The notes below the pieces were generated by a model, which saw only the letters and a program-made list of their open reading frames with translations, was not told the DNA's origin and searched no databases. This document shows, in pieces, positions 63,177-64,000 of a stretch of 64,000 bases of DNA. The stretch's first letter is position 1. Each line of letters starts with the position of its first letter. The DNA lies in assembly GCA_051362555.1 (NCBI GenBank), contig CM120642.1:3038001-3102000 (forward strand), written 5' to 3'. The position numbers and the translations under genes were made by a program. The DNA comes from Lingula anatina. Its lineage: Eukaryota; Animalia; Brachiopoda.

Positions 63177-63721
63177 CAGATTAGTCTAAAAATTACTGTC
63201 TACATGTAAAATAAAGTTGAATAAATATCGAACCATCACAATTTCCTGATGCATATATAAACATTATTATTGAAAATACATTATGAGGAAGATACAGGTT
63301 ATGGAACATATTTATGATGAACTATTATGATGATTACAGACTATTACTTGGAAGATTGTGTCCAGATGTTGAACTTTATTCCTCCACCTTCCAACAAGAA
63401 GAAGCGGGACAAAGATGACATTGCGGATGAAGAAGGGGAGAAAGAGGTAGTCATTGGTTATAGTTTTATCCATTTATTTTCCGTAAAAATGTCAAACCTA
63501 TTAATTCATCATTTGTTTTAATTGTTACGTTTTAGTCTATGTTGTTATGTTATCTTAAGTTATGTTTTATGCTATGCTATATGTAAGCATATATTGCTAT
63601 ACTATATCCTTCTACTACTTAGGAAAATTGCAATATGATGATTTCATCAGATTATAATGACACAACTAGAAGAGCCATGGCCATGCTGAGTGAGAAAGAG
63701 ATGTCATTTGAACTTATTGAG
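38949..63721 (+). CDS. DHX9: ATP-dependent RNA helicase A (DHX9/maleless), 5' part; continues beyond the window
   Basis: Exons 38949-39059, 39310-39450, 39838-39955, 40420-40544, 40930-41069, 42963-43009, 43298-43434, 44197-44286, 44845-45006, 45178-45255, 45944-46063, 46427-46498, 61983-62124, 62396-62478, 62813-62969, 63340-63446, 63623-63721 (643 codons, all GT-AG, in phase). dsRBD1 [14 protein letters not shown]...[17 protein letters not shown], dsRBD2 [13 protein letters not shown]...[34 protein letters not shown] and MSAT. Confidence 0.97.
46447..47031 (+). repeat. 53-bp minisatellite, 11 copies, spanning a DHX9 exon/intron junction
   Basis: Unit TGAGTTTATAGAGGCAGGTAGAGGATCTCAGTGCAATGTTGTGATYACACAGG. 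The first copy is the 3' 52 nt of exon 46427-46498. Confidence 0.95.
47353..47533. repeat. Short inverted repeat plus ~73-bp tandem duplication
   Basis: GCCTGTTCAGAATCAGTTGATC versus GATCAACTGGTTCTGAACAGGC; the latter and its flank occur twice. Confidence 0.7.
48484..50498 (-). CDS. Nested gene, terminal exon: Leu-rich alpha-helical region with about four 78-83-aa repeats
   Basis: Contains the 630-aa ORF of the track. The repeat EC(M/I)KILAKD..TS.EVL.Q....H....LSAVE...[12 protein letters not shown] occurs about 4 times. Confidence 0.88.
48484..59425 (-). CDS. Nested antisense gene: DED + TRADD-N-like + death domain + C-terminal helical repeats (~1278 aa)
   Basis: GT-AG exons in consistent phase: 59425-59068, 58300-58265, 58030-57953, 54352-54152, 52837-52310, 51804-51638, 51437-51185, 50891-50691, 50498-48484. 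Total 3837 nt, one open frame. Domain calls come from motif recognition. Confidence 0.8.
51185..51437 (-). CDS. Nested gene exon: death domain
   Basis: [49 protein letters not shown]...[15 protein letters not shown](ETV) fits the death-domain pattern W..LA..L.F.....I...HP.....Q...L. Confidence 0.8.
52310..52837 (-). CDS. Nested gene exon: TRADD-N-like domain
   Basis: [49 protein letters not shown]...MDVYICEQE...WDFF resembles the invertebrate TRADD-like N-terminal domain signature (GS+.+.+.....L..LW..Y.SG.L...L....IT). Confidence 0.65.
52930..53065 (+). pseudogene. Possible decayed tyrosine-recombinase fragment of a DIRS/Ngaro retroelement
   Basis: [31 protein letters not shown] resembles the PLF...DG..LTR..F...L...L...G segment preceding the HSFR motif. 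The frame ends at a stop. Confidence 0.4.
54509..56550. mobile_element. Helentron-associated (pearl/DINE-1-like) element carrying a satellite array
   Basis: AACAAG start, subterminal ATGTACAGACA (~54532) repeated at the far end as the hairpin ATGTACAGACACA-TC-TGTGTCTATACAT followed by AAAAA. It contains a (GAC/GGC)n microsatellite, a ~340-bp internal duplication and a 161-bp array. Confidence 0.72.
55670..56453. repeat. 161-bp tandem repeat, about 5 copies
   Basis: GCTGATTTT recurs at 55712, 55873, 56034, 56195 and 56356. Confidence 0.9.
57082..57533 (-). mobile_element. Solo LTR (452 bp)
   Basis: TGTA...TACA termini, 4-bp TSD CCTG (57078-57081, 57534-57537), and AATAAA and TATAAA-like motifs on the minus strand. 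Confidence 0.6.
59068..59425 (-). CDS. Nested gene, first coding exon: death effector domain
   Basis: [24 protein letters not shown]...[37 protein letters not shown] fits the DED pattern (L..I..EL...+..+K..L; LF..LE....I...N...LK.LL....R..L). Acceptor at 59444-59446. Confidence 0.75.
59733..60132 (-). mobile_element. Possible solo LTR (400 bp)
   Basis: TGTAAC...GTTACA termini with minus-strand AATAAA and TATA motifs laid out as in 57082-57533, but no TSD found. Confidence 0.35.
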
Positions 63722-63836
63722 GTGAGTATGATTCTAGTTACAAAGATAATTTTAGTTGAAAGAAAATTTTGTAAAGCAAATGAAAAAAAATTAAGCCAGT
63801 AACGATAATTGATCATTTTCCTACTGTAAACAGCAG

Positions 63837-63889
63837 TGTGTGTGAATGTCTGTCACAGTGTGTGTGTGTGTGTGTGTGAATGTCTGTCA

Positions 63890-63924
<35 letters not shown>

Positions 63925-63931
63925 TCTGTCA

Positions 63932-63982
<51 letters not shown>

Positions 63983-64000
63983 TCTGTCACAGTGTGTGTG
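63837..64000. repeat. Compound (TG)n repeat punctuated by AATGTCTGTCACAG (4 copies)
   Basis: Seen directly. Confidence 0.9.

Overview
AT-rich, intron-rich animal DNA, most likely an invertebrate (the repeat types suggest a mollusc or other lophotrochozoan, which is an inference). Two conserved multi-exon genes lie head-to-head: AADAT/KAT-II on the minus strand (13 coding exons traced, last short exon not found) and DHX9/RNA helicase A on the plus strand (17 coding exons, running off the right edge). Each hosts a nested antisense gene. An AADAT intron holds an intronless RING+NHL ubiquitin ligase. A 15.5-kb DHX9 intron holds a 9-exon gene of about 1278 aa that I reconstructed as DED + TRADD-N-like + death domain + helical repeats. 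There is an intact, young Ty3/Gypsy retrotransposon (9011-14702) with non-canonical TA...TA termini and no tRNA primer site; instead it carries a perfect self-complementary motif that suggests Tf1-like self-priming. Other elements are a 6.9-kb Mutator-like element with nested transposons just upstream of the first DHX9 coding exon, Helentron-type elements, MITEs, solo LTRs, and a 53-bp array that multiplies a DHX9 splice donor. All exon models and family calls were made by eye from sequence, reading frame and remembered protein motifs; no searches were run.
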